Source: Mantamonas sphyraenae STR306
Taxonomy: Eukaryota; Protista; CRuMs
NCBI GenBank assembly: GCA_026936335.1
Contig: JAPMXV010000021.1
Location: 62,001-126,000 of the forward strand
Direction of reading: 5' to 3'
Length of the DNA stretch: 64,000 nt
A program made the position numbers and the translations under genes. Of this stretch, positions 21,737-35,000 are shown piece by piece (position 1 is the stretch's first letter; the number at the start of each line of letters is the position of its first letter). Below the pieces are notes generated by a model, which had not been told where the DNA came from, did not search any database, and saw only the letters and a program-made list of their open reading frames with translations.

Positions 21737-23062
21737 TCATTCATTGCGTTTGAGGATTTGCACTTGCTTGGGTGCACTCTGTGTCTGCTGTCCTCCTGTC
21801 TTGTTGCCACCTCGTTTGCCCCCCTGCTTTCGTCTGCCCCCCCTGTTGTTGTTGTTGTTGTTGTTGTTGTTCTTGTTGTCGTTGCCACCTTGCTGCCCCT
21901 GCTGTCCCCCTTGCTGCTGTCCCTTGTTCCCTCCCCCTCCTCCTCCTCCTCCTCCCTTGCCCTTTCCCCGTCCATACACCCTTCCCGATGCAAGTGCACT
22001 GCTGCTGCCCCCTCCTGTGTTGTTCTTGCCTGCGTCTCCTCCCTTGTTCCCTCCCTTACCACCCTTCCCCCCCTTCCCTCCCTTCCCTCCCTTCCCATTC
22101 CTTCCTCCTTTGCTTCCACCTGACCCTGTCCCCCCACCACCACCACCTCCTCCTCCACCTCCTCCGCTGTTCCTTTGTGCAATCCGCACCTGCCCATGCT
22201 GCCGCTGCTTTCCGGCCCCTCTCTTGGACGCCAGCAACGATTCCATAAGTGTACTCTTTCGCACCAGACCACTCTGTCCCTCGCCTTTGCCTGCCTCACT
22301 GCTGGATCCACCCTTCCCTCCAGATTCCAGCTGAGCCACAAACGCCTGGAAATGCTCATCTGCGCAACACTCGTTTGTCAGCCCAGGCCCCTACCCCTAC
22401 TCACCCACTCCCCCCTCCCAAACATCCCTCCTTTTACACACACTCCACTCTTTCCACTTACCCTGTTCCAGTTTGCTTTCGGGTTGCGGTTCCCGAGAAA
22501 TCACGTTTGCGTTGGGCGTCTTTTGCCACGGCGCCCATTCCAGCACGGCCACACACTGTTCCTGTTCCCGGTGTTCCCCCTGCTCCCCCTGTTCCTCCTC
22601 CTCCTCCTCTCCGTCACCTGCCACCTCCCTCTGTCGCACCCAAGTGTATGGCTGGCTGCTCTCCTGGGCCAGGAACTGTTCCAGGGCTGCCTGGTGGCTG
22701 ACAAAGTTGAGGTAGCCCACACTTGCCACTCCCTGTCGTTCGTTGCCCTGCACCCATCGTGTCCAATCCACCCATTGTGCATATCGTGCCACATAATCTT
22801 CAAACTGGCTTTGGGTTGTCCATGGTGCCAGACCACGCAGGATCACCTTTGTCTTTTCTCGCTTCTTCTCTCGTCCCTGCTGCCCTCCTCGTCCACGTCG
22901 GTTGCCACGTGACCGACCACCACCACCCCCACCACCCCCACCACCCCCACCATTCCCACCACCACCACCACCACCTCCTCCTCCACCTCCTCCTCCTCCT
23001 CGCCCTCGTCTGCGGTTGCCTCCACGGTTTCGCCTTCCAGAACCCGCCTCACGTGTGCTCAT
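21737..23062 (-). CDS. UPF3: Nonsense-mediated decay factor UPF3 (Smg4 RRM-like domain), Gly-rich
   Basis: Exons 23062-22462 and 22359-21737 (GTAAGT..CAG, phase 1). KVILRGLAP, SVGYLNF, VLEWAPWQKTP and spliced KLEQ|DEHFQAFVAQL match the UPF3 pattern; divergent. Confidence 0.82.
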
Positions 23063-23183
23063 GCCGCCAGTATTTGGATTGGATTGCAGTGGTTCCACAA
23101 GTGCCAATCACCCCACCCCAAACCCCCTTCCCAACCCACCTACCCTCCCTCCCATCCACACCTTGATCCAACTCAAAACCAAC

Positions 23184-24543
23184 ATGTCCACTCAGGAAAC
23201 AACGTCGACGCAGGATGCGCTGGCTCTGCTCGAGTTGGATGACATCGACTGCTTCCGCATTGCTGGGGGTGAGAAGGAGCTGATTGCGCAGGGCAAGCTG
23301 CGTGTGTACAAACTTCAGGAGGATGCCGACGTGGTGTTCCTGAGCATTGGCGAGGACTACAACTTTCCTCTGCTCTCCATGGTGCCCTCCATGCGTACAG
23401 ACACACATGACTTTGTGTTTCCCCTCCCTGGCGGTCTTTACTACGCCGTGCGACTGCCCACGTACGTTTGTGTGCATCCATTCCGCCTTCCCCTGCGTCC
23501 TCGCCGTCCCGTTTTCCCATCGCTCACCCGCCCCCGTTTCCCTTCGCAGTTCCGTTTCCGACGACCAGTGCGAGGCCTTTGTGGACATCCTCGCCTTGTA
23601 CACCACCCTGGCAGATACCACCGGCACTCCTGTCCTTGCTGAACCCTCTGAAGACGAGTCGGATCAGCAAACACAGACCCAGGAGGGCAAGAAGGAGTTG
23701 GGCGGCGATGATGACGACGACGACGTCCAAGAGCTTGACCACACCACACAGGTCGACCTGTCCACCACCACCGACGCAGACGACACGCAGGCACAGCAGC
23801 AACCCAGCAGCAGCAACAACAGCAGCAGTGCCTCCGCCATGGTGGCTTCGGGCATCGAAAAAACAGGCGAAATGGTCGGCGCAGGCCTTGTGTACGGCGC
23901 CACCAAGATGGGCTCCGCTCTCAAATGGGGTTCATTGTTCCTGCAATCCAAGACGGCAGCATCGGGGGAGGGAGAGGGCAGGGAGATCAGCGAGAAGACA
24001 AAGCAACGCATCCACAGGGCCAAGCAGATGACGGGTGTGGGCGTGTCTGTGTCGTCGACGCTGGTCAAGGGGGTTCTGGCCATGAGCGGGGCCATGGCCA
24101 CCAGCCTGGCTGCCTCCTTCAAACAGACCGACCTGGGCTCACGCATCACCCAGTCGGACAGCAAGGCCAAGACAGCAGCCAAAGACATCACTGTGGCATC
24201 CATCAACGCCTTTGAGTCTCTCATGGTGGGCATGGAAACCGCAGGCATGATTCTGGTCAAGGACACCGCCAGTGCCACCACAGAGTTTGCCCACCATCGT
24301 TACGGCGAGGAAGCAGGCGTCACCACACGTGAGGCCATGGATGTGATGGAAAACATGGCTGGCATGGCCCTCAATGCCAACCAGCTCCGTGTCTCACGCG
24401 TTGCCAAGCAAACCCTCAAGGACACCACCGTCAAGGTCCTTCGTGAGGGTGAGCTTGTCGATGAGCCCGTCCAAGTCGACCCCTCCCTTCAGCTTGCTGG
24501 CAAGATGCTCATGGCAAAGGCAGAAATGGACAGCAAGAAATGA
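23184..24543 (+). CDS. Spartin / senescence-domain (ERD7/SPG20-like) protein
   Basis: Exons 23184-23461 and 23550-24543 (GTACGT..CAG, phase 2). N-terminal PH-like region (GKLRVY, FPL, FVFP) plus senescence domain (RIHRAKQMT, GMETAG, HRYGEEAG). Confidence 0.85.
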
Positions 24544-24578
24544 GGGGATTTTCATCATTTCCACCATCACCACCTCGC

Positions 24579-27500
24579 TCACTTGTGAATCGCAGGGCTG
24601 GACACCTGCCACTGTCGCCTCAGACTGCGTCGCACACCCTGAGCCTTGGGTGTGCCTGGTGCTGCCACTGCCTCTTGCACGCCAGGCGAATCCATCAGCA
24701 CCACCACCACGTTGTCCTCTGTGCTCTCGCCCAACACCTGCTTGCCCTTTCCCTTCTTTGTCTTGTCCTTCTCGGCTCCCACAGTCAGGCTCTTGTCCGA
24801 ACCACCCTTCACCTTGGGTGTCATCTTCAGGCCGCGCTTCACGCTCCCCGGTCGCAACTTGGGTGAAAACGGACTGCGCATCGCCGAGCCACCCCGTGCA
24901 GCTGCACTCCCGGACATCGACGGTGTGCTGGCACCGCCTCGTTGCGGTGTGTGGTATGCACTGCCGCTGCCGTTGCTGTTCTCCTGCTCCTCGCCTCCCT
25001 CCACATCCATGGCCCCTCCACTCCCAGCAGCCTCCGCCACCGCGGCTGCATCGTCGCTGTGTTTCCACTTGCGCTCCTCCTGGCCTCGTTGCACACCGTA
25101 CATGTGCACGTCGTACTCCAGCTCCTTGACAAACTCCGCCTCGGGGCCCTTGAGTGCACGCAACTCTGCCTGGTGGTCCGCAAACAGCACCTGCAGGAAT
25201 GCCATCAGGTGTTTCATCAGCGGCGACTGTTTGCTCTCCAGCACTCCCTTGAGTTCAATCAGCGTCGGCACAATGTTCTCCATCACGTTGCGCTTCACCA
25301 GCTTGCCCATCACCGCATTCTTGGCACGCACCAACGCCTCCTCCGCACCATCCTCCTCCACACCCGCACCCGCACCAGATCCACCACCCACACCCAGCTT
25401 GATCTCGGGCCGCCCCAGCACACGCAAGGCGTCGGCCAACACGTCCTGGCCCTCGTCCAGAGTGAACACGTCGTCCAGAAGGGCACCCAACACGTCCTGC
25501 ACCAGTTTGGCGGTGGCTTGGAACCGTTCTTCGTCACTCATCTGCGCCAGCATGAATGTGTAGATGCGCATGCGCCGTGCGGCGTGTCGTTCGCCCAGCA
25601 GGGAGAACAGGGCGCGTTCCTCGTCGTCCTGCACAAACTGGTTGTACACACCGTGCGACGTCATGTCGTTGAGGTGGTACAGCGTCTCCACAAAGCGCAG
25701 GCAGTGCACACTCGTCCCCGAGCTGCCCACAGGCACCGTGGTCGACAGCACATACTCCGCGGCCTCACGGATGCGTGGGCTCTCGTCCACCAGCGCACGC
25801 AGCACCCGGTAGAACAGTGCCCCCTTCCACTTCAGGTAGTCCTGCTTCAGCAGACCCGTCACCAGCGTCAGCGTCTGGTGACGCACAATCTCGCTGCGAT
25901 CCATCAGACGCTTCGTCATCGTGGCCACGTACGGCTCCACCAGACTCGTGTAGCGCACACACAGGTCACGCATGATCACAATCACATTGTTGCGAATCAC
26001 CGCGCTGCGGCTCACCTCCAGCTCCCGTGCAAAGCTGCCCATGCATCGTTTGGCCAGCCTTGCATCCAGCAGACACAGCTTGCCCAGACACACCAGTGCA
26101 TGCGCACGCACCTCCACGGGCAACTCATCCGCCTCGCCTGCCACCATCCCATGCACAAGTGTCACGTTGACGCCACTCTCCTCCTGCATGGATGACGCTG
26201 ACGACGTCGACGGCCATGCACTCACCAGCGCACCCACAGTGATCAAACAGCGCACGGCCAGGCGCGACTCGTCGTTCATGGACGCCGCCACCCCGCTTAC
26301 ACTGCTGCTGCCGTTGCTGTCGTTGCTGCTGTCGTTCAATCGGCTCTCCACATACACCTCCAGTTGGCTCTGGGCCACAGCCATCGTCTTGGCCATCGCC
26401 TGGACCAGTGCCTCGTCGTCGGTGCCACACAGGGCCACCAGTGCTTCGACCAGACGCAGGATCACGGGTTGGGCATCCACCTCCAACCCCTGCAGCTCCT
26501 CCTGCACGCCCCCCAGGAACCATGCACGCTGGGCAGGCTTCAGGTACGTTGCCACGTGAGCCAACACCCCGCACATGCTTGCGTACACGTCGGCCAACTC
26601 GCCCTTCAGCGACTGAGGCCAGCGTTCAAACTGGCTGCGCAAGAACGTCCCCTGGGCCACGGGCTTGGCCACATGGGCACTGCACTCGTTCAGCATGAAC
26701 CAACACCCACGCAGACAGGCACTGGTCTGTGGATCCAACGACGATGACGACGACGATGACGACACGGCCATGAGTTCTTCCACACGTTCCAGCAGCGAGT
26801 CGGCATAGGCACACAGGCGCTTCAGGGTACCCTGCTTGAGCATGCCAGCCTTGGCCACCTGCGCCATGACCAGATGCACGTACTGCACACTCTCCTGGTC
26901 CAGATTGCCCAGCAGTGACCACACATGCTCGCCACCGACGTCGTTGTCGTCGTCGTTGTCACTGCCCATCTCATCCTCCAGGGCACCCATCACCACGGAC
27001 ACAAACTCGGTCACACACTTGTCACGCACACTGGTCTCCGGGTCGGCCACACGCGGGGGCACACATCGCATCCACGTGCGCTGCACACGCACACTCTCCG
27101 GTTTGGCTTGCAGCATGGACGACACACTGGCCATGGCCTGTTTGCGCACCGTCACCGCCTCGTCCACAATCAATGCACTTGCCACACGCTCCACCAACGC
27201 CTCCGCCACCTCTTCCTCCTCCACGCTCTTCCCCATCACTCCCTGCACATACATGGCTTCCAACAACTGCATCGCTGCACGCCGCACCGCCGCACGCTCG
27301 TCGCCACTGCGTGCTTCCAGCATGCCTGCCAGCCGTGTGGCTTGCGCACACACGGCTGCCCGACACGCCGCCAACACATCCGCCCCGCCGCCGTCCACGT
27401 CGCCACTGCGTGCAATCACACTCGCCAGGTGTGACAGCGCACGTGAGCGCACACTCGCCGCACGGTCGTTGCACCTGCCCGTCAGCACACCCAACAGCTG

Positions 27501-28836
27501 CGTGTCCACCTCCTCGCCCCCGGTTTCGTACAGTTCGTGCAACACCCCGAATGCCACCTCCACCGCGGTGGCACGCAGTGTGGCGCTGCTGTTGCGTGCG
27601 GCCTTGGCCAGAAAGCCAGCCAGTGCGTCCGTTTGGCCCGCAGGCATCAGGTCCAACAGACGCAGCACCACCTCCACGCTTGCCTTGCGCACCGGTGCCT
27701 TGTCCGGCGTCCGCACCACAATGTGTTGGCACAGCGTCAGCAGCACCCCGTGTGTCTCCTCCCCATGCTCCTCAGCAGCACCCACAATCAGCGCCAGTGT
27801 GTCGCTTGCCACACGTGCGTTGCCAGCCGACGAGCCGCTCAGCTGACCCACGCTCTCCTGACACAGCAGACGCAGGTTGTCCACGCCTCCATGCGCACGC
27901 GATCGCAACAGCTGTGCCATCTGTGCATGCACACACGCATACACTCCGTGTGCATCCTCCTCATCTGCACCTGCCACCCCTTCCAGCAGCTTCATCAGCG
28001 TCTCCAACACAAACTGACGGATGTCTTCCTGACCACGCAGTTGCAAGTGTTCGTTGTCCACCACCGCACTCCACACACCCCACAGTGCCTCCCATGCCTC
28101 CATTGCCTCATCACTGCTGCTGCTACTGGCATCCTTCTGCTTCTTCTGCCTCTGTGTGTTCTTCTTGCCTCGTTTGCCACCACTCTTGGCTACACTCTCT
28201 CCTGCCTTGGCCACATGGCCCACTGCAAGACGGAACAGCACGGGTGCAAACACTCCGTGTGCTTTGGCCCCGTGCACATTCAACATCGCAAGGTACAACC
28301 TGCTCCCTGCCTGCTGCGTCGACACCGACTTTTCCTGCACCAGAAGCACATACACAAAGCACAGCAGTTGCCTCATGTTGCTTCCACATTGGCCCTTAAT
28401 CTCGTTCCACGTCGTTTGGCTGCCCGTACTCCCAACACGTCAGCGCGGATTTTTTTTTTGGCTCCAAAAAGGATTTTTGGCGCGCAACGTCAAACACCAC
28501 CCCGCACACTCGCCACACGCATGCACACGCTCACACACAACCTCCATGGTCTCACTGTACACTCGTTGTGCCTGCTTACCTGCTTGCACCCATCATCAGG
28601 TCGACCAGCTGCTCCAGCGTGGCGCTGTTTGCGTCCGCCAGATCCAGCACCTCGTCTTCGCGCGCCTCCACGCTCTGCTTCACCTTGGCGTCGCCATTGT
28701 ACTGGTGCTGCACCATCGACAGATCCATCGACTCGGCAAGCACGCTTCTAATGTCTACAGACGCCCACGCCTCGGCAATCGATTCGGCTGCCGACCTTGC
28801 ACCTCGTGTTGAGCCACTCGCGGATTCGATTTCCAT
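24579..28836 (-). CDS. NCAPD3: Condensin II HEAT subunit CAP-D3
   Basis: Exons 28836-28580 and 28419-24579 (GTAAGC..CTGAC..CAG, phase 2), about 1365 aa. D3-type motifs: LYLAMLNVHGA..HGVFAPVLF, AHALVCLGKLCL, RNNVIVIMRDLCVRYT, DYLKWKGALF, KRNVMENIVPTLIELK. Confidence 0.93.
28475..28485. promoter_or_regulatory. E2F-type motif TTTTGGCGCGC in NCAPD3 intron
   Basis: Canonical TTTGGCGC inside intron 28420-28579. Confidence 0.5.
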
Positions 28837-29028
28837 TTCGTCAATCTTGCCTCCGCCCGCGCAGATCCTTGCAACTCGCCCTTTTGTGCAAACACCCCAT
28901 CCAGCTATACGTTCGTATTCCACTGCTTCAACCACCACTCCATCGCATCAGCCGGCCTCCTCATCACCCCACCCCCCCCACCCCCCCACCCCCCCATCCG
29001 CAGCCAATCAAACAACACAGAGCACACC

Positions 29029-29358
29029 ATGGAACAGGCTGTCGAGTTTGACAAGAAGAGCGACCAATCCTTCTGCCGCATGTTTCTGCAGATGGAGGCG
29101 GAGCGTGGCGACGTAGGTGTGCCCGCCCGGAAGCGCGCCAACTTCCCGCCAAAAAGCGCGCGCTGACCCTTTACCCCGGCTTCCCTGTTGCACAGGACAT
29201 TTTCAACACCGTGCTCCTCTTCCAACGCCAAGACTTTTACACGGTGCACGGTGTCAACGCCCTCTTTGTGGCCCAGGAGTACTACAAAACCATGGGCACG
29301 GTGAAATACCTCGGCTCGGCCGCGTACGCAGTTCCTGACAAAACGTCGTCGCCCAGCC

Positions 29359-29394
<36 letters not shown>

Positions 29395-32045
29395 CGGCAT
29401 CACCCACTGCATCATCGTCGAGCAGCAAGACCCATGCAGGTCTGCCGTCCGTCAGCCTGTCCAAGGCCATGTTTGTGTCGGTGGTCAAGGATCTGCTGCT
29501 GAACAAGAGGATGCGGGTGGAGGTGCTGGAAAACCATGGACAGAACCAATGGAAGGTGAGCCAGCGTGGGTCTCCGGGCAATGTGCAGGCGTTTGAAGAC
29601 ACCCTGTTTCGCAACTCGGACATGGATGACGCACCCATTGTCATGGCGGTGCAGATCCAGGTCAAGAACAACGAACGCACTGTGGGGTTGGCCTTTGGCG
29701 ACACCACCTCCCTCTCCTTGGGTGTCTATCAGTTCCTGGACAACGAACAGTTCTCCACCCTCGAGAGTGTCGTCGTCCAGGTGGGTCCCAAGGAGTGCCT
29801 CCTTTTCTCCAAGGGCCTCTCCTCCCTGGAAGCCAAAAAGGTCAACGGCCTGTTCACCCAGGCGACGGTGCCTGTCACCCAACGCAAACCCCAGGAGTTC
29901 CAGCACAAGGAGATCGAGAGTGATCTTGGCCGGTTGCTGGGCGAAGACAAGGTGTTGCAACACCAGGATGCCCTGTCCCTCACCACCGCCATGGGCAGTC
30001 TTGCATGTCTCATTCGCTACCTGGAGCTCCTGTCTGTGTCCACCAACTACGGCCGCTACGGCCTGGCCCTGTGCGATGCTGGCAAGTACATGAAGATGGA
30101 CACGGCCGCGGTGCAGGCCCTCAACCTGTTGCCTGTCACGGGTCAGGCCAAGAACATGAGCCTGTATGGACTGTTGAACACGTGTCGCACCTCCATGGGT
30201 GCCCGTCTGCTCATGCAATGGATCAAACAGCCGTTGCTGGACGTGGAGAGCATCGAGTTGCGCCACAACGTGGTGGAGGCCTTTGTCAACGACAGCACCA
30301 TGCGGCAGACCCTGCAGGAGGAACACATGAAGCGTATCCCTGACCTCAATCGGCTGTGCAAGAAGTTCAAACGCAACAAGGCCACCCTGCAGGATGTGGT
30401 GCGTATTTGGCAGGCCATCGAACGGCTGCCCAGCATGGTGGACACCCTCAAGGAGTACCAGAGCAGCCACGAGGCCCTGTTGCACTCGCGATACACGACA
30501 CCCATGCACCAACACGCCACCGACTTTGCCAACTACTCGGCCATGGTCGAATCCACCGTGGATCTGGAGGCCATCGAGAACCACAGGTACCGCATCAATC
30601 CCAAGTACGACCCGGAGCTGCAGGAACTGGCGCAGCAGAGTGTGTTGCTGCAGGCGGCCATTGAGAAGGGTCTGTACGCAGTGGCCAACGACCTGGGTCT
30701 GGACAGCAAGAGTGTCAAGGTGGAAAAGAACTCGCAGCTGGGTTACTTCTACCGCATCACACGCAAGGAGGAGAAGAAACTGCGCGGCAAAAAGGCATAC
30801 ACCAGCCTGGAGACACGCAAGGATGGCGTGCGCTTTGTGGACAGCAAACTGCGCTCTCTCAGCGAACGCATGACACAGATCGAGGCCGAGTACGAAGCCA
30901 AGCAGGCAGAGCTTGCAGCACGCGTGGTGGAGATTGCAGCCACCTACGTACCCGCCCTGGAGGATCTCAACACCCTCCTTGCCGAGTTGGATGTTCTCAT
31001 GTCCTACGCAGAGGTGTCCATCAACGCGCCGACCCCGTTTTGCCGCCCCACCATGAGTGCCATGGGCACAGGCGATCTGGAGCTCACCGACTGCAGGCAT
31101 CCGTGTGTCGAGGTGCAGGACGGCGTGCAGTTTATTCCCAACGACGTCGCCTTCAAACGCGACGAAACCAACTTTCTGATCATCACCGGCCCCAACATGG
31201 GTGGCAAGAGCACATACATCCGTCAGGTGGGTGTGGCTGTGCTCATGGCCCAGATCGGCTGCTTTGTGCCAGCCTCCTCCGCACGCATCTGCGTCACCGA
31301 CTGCATCCTGGCTCGCGTGGGCGCAAGTGACAGCCAGCTCAAGGGTGTGAGCACCTTTATGGCCGAAATGCTGGAAACCGCTGCCATTCTGCGTGCAGCC
31401 ACACCCAACTCGCTCATCATCATCGACGAGCTGGGCCGAGGCACAAGCACCCTCGACGGCTTTGCCCTCGCCTGGGCCATTTCCACATACATCTGCAAAC
31501 GCATCGGGGCCTTTACCATGTTTGCCACCCACTTCCACGAGCTCACAGCACAAGCTCGTGAGATTGCCACTGTCAAGAACCTCCATGTCACCGCCTACAC
31601 GGCCAAGGACACCCTCACCCTCCTGTACAAGGTCAAGGAAGGCGCCTCAGACCGCTCGTTTGGCATCCACGTTGCCGAGTTGGCCCGCTTCCCACCCGCC
31701 GTCATTGCCGATGCAAGGGAAAAGGCGGCTGCACTGGAGAACTTTTCCTCCGAGTTTGATCTCACAGGATGGCAGAGCACACTGGACACGATGGATGTGG
31801 ATGGGAGCAGCAGCAGTAGCAGCAGTGGGGGCAGCGTGGATGGTGGGGATGGTGGGGATGGTGGAGATGAGGGACAGGTTGTCAAGAAGCGCAAGCTGGA
31901 TCTGAGCAAGCAAGCAAAGGTCATCAAAACGCTGGTGGCCGAATTTGAAGCCACCGACGGGGTGGACACCATGGACGATGCCACACTCAGGGAACTGTGT
32001 TTGGGCATGAAACGAAGACTGGTGAACGAGGTGGAGGCTGTGTGA
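29029..32045 (+). CDS. MSH2: DNA mismatch repair protein MSH2
   Basis: Exons 29029-29112 and 29196-32045 (GTAGGT..CTGAC..CAG, phase 0). DFYTVHG, GSPGN, TGPNMGGKSTYIRQ, KGVSTFMAEMLET, DELGRGTST, FATHFHELT, SFGIHVAELA. Confidence 0.98.
29133..29154. promoter_or_regulatory. Tandem E2F-type motifs GCGCGCCAA / TTCCCGCCAAAA in MSH2 intron
   Basis: Same 12-mer as in the CENP-T intron, inside the 83-nt intron 29113-29195. Confidence 0.55.
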
Positions 32046-32077
32046 AGGCTCCGCGTTCCCACACCCAACGAAATCGC

Positions 32078-35000
32078 ATGGAGGAAAGCAAGGGCGAGGT
32101 GGTGGAGATGGACACCCTCGTCCAGGATGAGATAGCAATGAAGGACGAACAAGAGCGGATCCTGACGCTGGAATCGTTGCTTCACGACGAGGAGGCGACG
32201 TCCATGAGCCGTGTTTGGCTGACGTTTGCCTCCCCTGCGTTGGAGGGACACTTCCAGCAAGAGGTGATATGTTCGCCCGAGCAGACAGCACACATGCAAC
32301 GTGGCATTGCCGCCATGTGTGCTCTCGAGGCAATCATGCTCGTGGTCCACTTTGCTCAGCTTGGCTTGCAGACACAGCCGCTGGGTTTGTCACTGAGACT
32401 GGCACTCTTTGCCGCCCAGCTTCTACTCACAGTACAAACAGCACGTGTGGGTCATCCCACCGCAGAGACTCGCTTTTCCAAACACACCACTGCGGTGGTG
32501 TGTTGTTTCATGGGCTTGCACGCGCTGCAGGCCCTGGTCGTTCCGCTGGAGACGCCCTTTGTCACCTACTTCCAGCCTTCGATGGTGTTGTGGCACGTGC
32601 TGCCCATTGTCATCCTGTTCAACTTTATGCATTGGCGCTTTGTACAGTCGGTGGTCGTTGCCCATGCCGTGGGTGGCGTCTATCTCATCGCAGCGCTTGT
32701 TTCGCTCATCCTGAGTCTCGTGGGTCTCACCCAGCAAAGTGTGGTCACCACAAACTCTGTCACCGCATCCCTCTCCATCGATGTCCTCTCTGCCTTTGGC
32801 GGCGTCCTGGGCGTCCTTGGGTTGGGTTCCTATCTCTCGTACCACTACGAGGCCGTGTTGCGCAAGAGTTGGCTCATTGCCAAGCTCCTTGACGACGAAA
32901 ACGCAAAAAGCGAAGCCTTCCTCACACGCCTCCTGCCGCCATCCGTCATCGACCAGCTCCTCAATGGCAACCTACTTGTGGCCGACCAATTCGACCACGT
33001 CTCTGTCCTATTTCTCGTGGTCTCCGACTTTGGCAACCTGGCCAGCTCGTACGTTTTGCGCATTGCCCGCGCAGCAGTTGCCCGTTTTCCCCCATTTGTC
33101 CACCCCACACACCCCCCGCACGGCGACAAGCCGACAGACACACGCGGCTTGACAATGGCACCATCCCATCTCATGTCGTGGACACAGTGTGTACACATGC
33201 ACGTGTGCACCCATTTCCACTGCGATGAGCTGTGAGTCAAGCAGGAAGTTCACTGACACAAAGATCCGTCCCCGCAACGCGTTATCCCCCCCCCCGCTCC
33301 TCCCCTGTGGCCCATGACACACACACACACACTACAGAGTGACTGCCCTGGAGCTGGTGGAACTGCTCAATGATTTGTATTCCGAGTTGGATTTCCTGAC
33401 GGAGGAACACGACGTGTTCAAGGTGGAAACCATCGGCGAGGTGTACATGGTGTGCAGTGGGGCACCCGAGTCACTCCATGCAAACGTGACCGAACCCCTG
33501 GTTCACTTGAGTGTCGCCATGCAACAGATGGTCAACGACTTTCCCGTGCCAGCAAACACAAAGGCGCTCCAGGTGCAGATTGGCATCCACACGGGACCGC
33601 TGGTGGCCGGGGTTCTGGGTCCCAAGCTGCCCCGGTATCGTCTGTTTGGAGACACAGTCAACACGGCGTCGCGCATGTGTTCCCATTGTCCGCCTGGACG
33701 GGTGCAGTTGAGCAAGACGGCGTACGAGGATGTGAAGGAGTGCAGCGGTGTCAGTTTGCAGTCGCGTGGGCAGATGGACATCAAGGGCAAAGGGGTGATG
33801 GAGACATGGTTTGTGCGTCAAGATGCACACGACACCCACAGTACACCCACATCGCCCCTGAGGGACACACGCATGCCCGTGGTGGATGCAGAAGACATTC
33901 GCCTGTCCGTCAGGGCCTCCGGCGGGTTGAACATCAGCGATGACGAGGACGAGGATGATGGAGTCGACAACGAGGATACTATGCATGGGGATGGGGATGG
34001 AGAGGAGGGAGAGGATGGGGAGGATGGCGTGCAGGAGAAGGTGAACGTGTCCACATCCGCCTCCCAATCCCCATCCGCAACACTCATGGGAATGACCAAC
34101 AGGGAAACCAACACACTGCGAGCCACACGATCACCCATGCGACTGCGTTCACCAGGCAGGAGAGCAACTGCCAGGGGGCCCGGGTTGGCACTGGATCCTC
34201 TTCCTGAAGACCAGGTGGCTGACCACCTTCGCACTGCCTCACCGGGTGACTTGGGATTGCGACGTGTCGGCACGCGTCAGCGCACGGCGGATTCATCGTC
34301 CAAGGCAGCGAGGTCGAGCTCAAGCTCGTCGCTGTCGTCTGGCCTGTCGCTGTCGTTGGCCGAGCTGGCAGCCATGCGTACAGATAACACGCGTGCTCTT
34401 GGCGTCAGCAGCAGTGCGATTGATTTGTTTGAGAGGAATAGCAACCGTGCGGCAACGGGGGAGGGTGGCAAACCGGGGGTTCCTGCATGGGGCAATGGCC
34501 AGTTTTCGGCCACCTCGTTCTTTGCACACTCGTCGGCACACCTGCCGGCCCAGTTGAAGCACCAACATACCATGTCCCACATCGACACAAGCAGCTTGAC
34601 AGGACACAAGCGCACGCGCAAGCAACCGCGCAACCAACACCACTACAAGACACAGCTGGATCTGCTGGGATCGGGATCAGGCCTGACCCGCACAGACAGG
34701 AGCATCAGCGGAGGCATCCAAGCACATGATTCCACGAGTCCACGAGGGCAGATTGGAGGTGTGGTGGGCAATCGTGCATCACGATCAACAAGTGGAAGCG
34801 TGTTGGAGGATGTGCGCTCCATGGTGGAGGCAGACAAGGCACAACGCCAAGCACGTGCAAAGGCAAACCCCACAGTGGCAACAATTGCAGAGGAGGAGGA
34901 AGGAGAGGAGGATGGGGCAATGGAGGAGACAAAGACGGGGAACACCACCACCGGACAGGACGACGAGCAGCTTGAGGACAAGGCAGAAGAAGCAAACACA

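Noticed and set aside
21737-23000. Poly-Gly/Asn/Ser/Thr trinucleotide tracts here and in many other genes
   Set aside because: In-frame slippage microsatellites common throughout the window; no sign of a specific function.
33049-33337. Second in-phase GTGAGT donor at 33232 in the cyclase intron
   Set aside because: It would insert 61 non-conserved residues into the catalytic domain; the 33049 donor gives a clean domain. It cannot be supported without RNA data.
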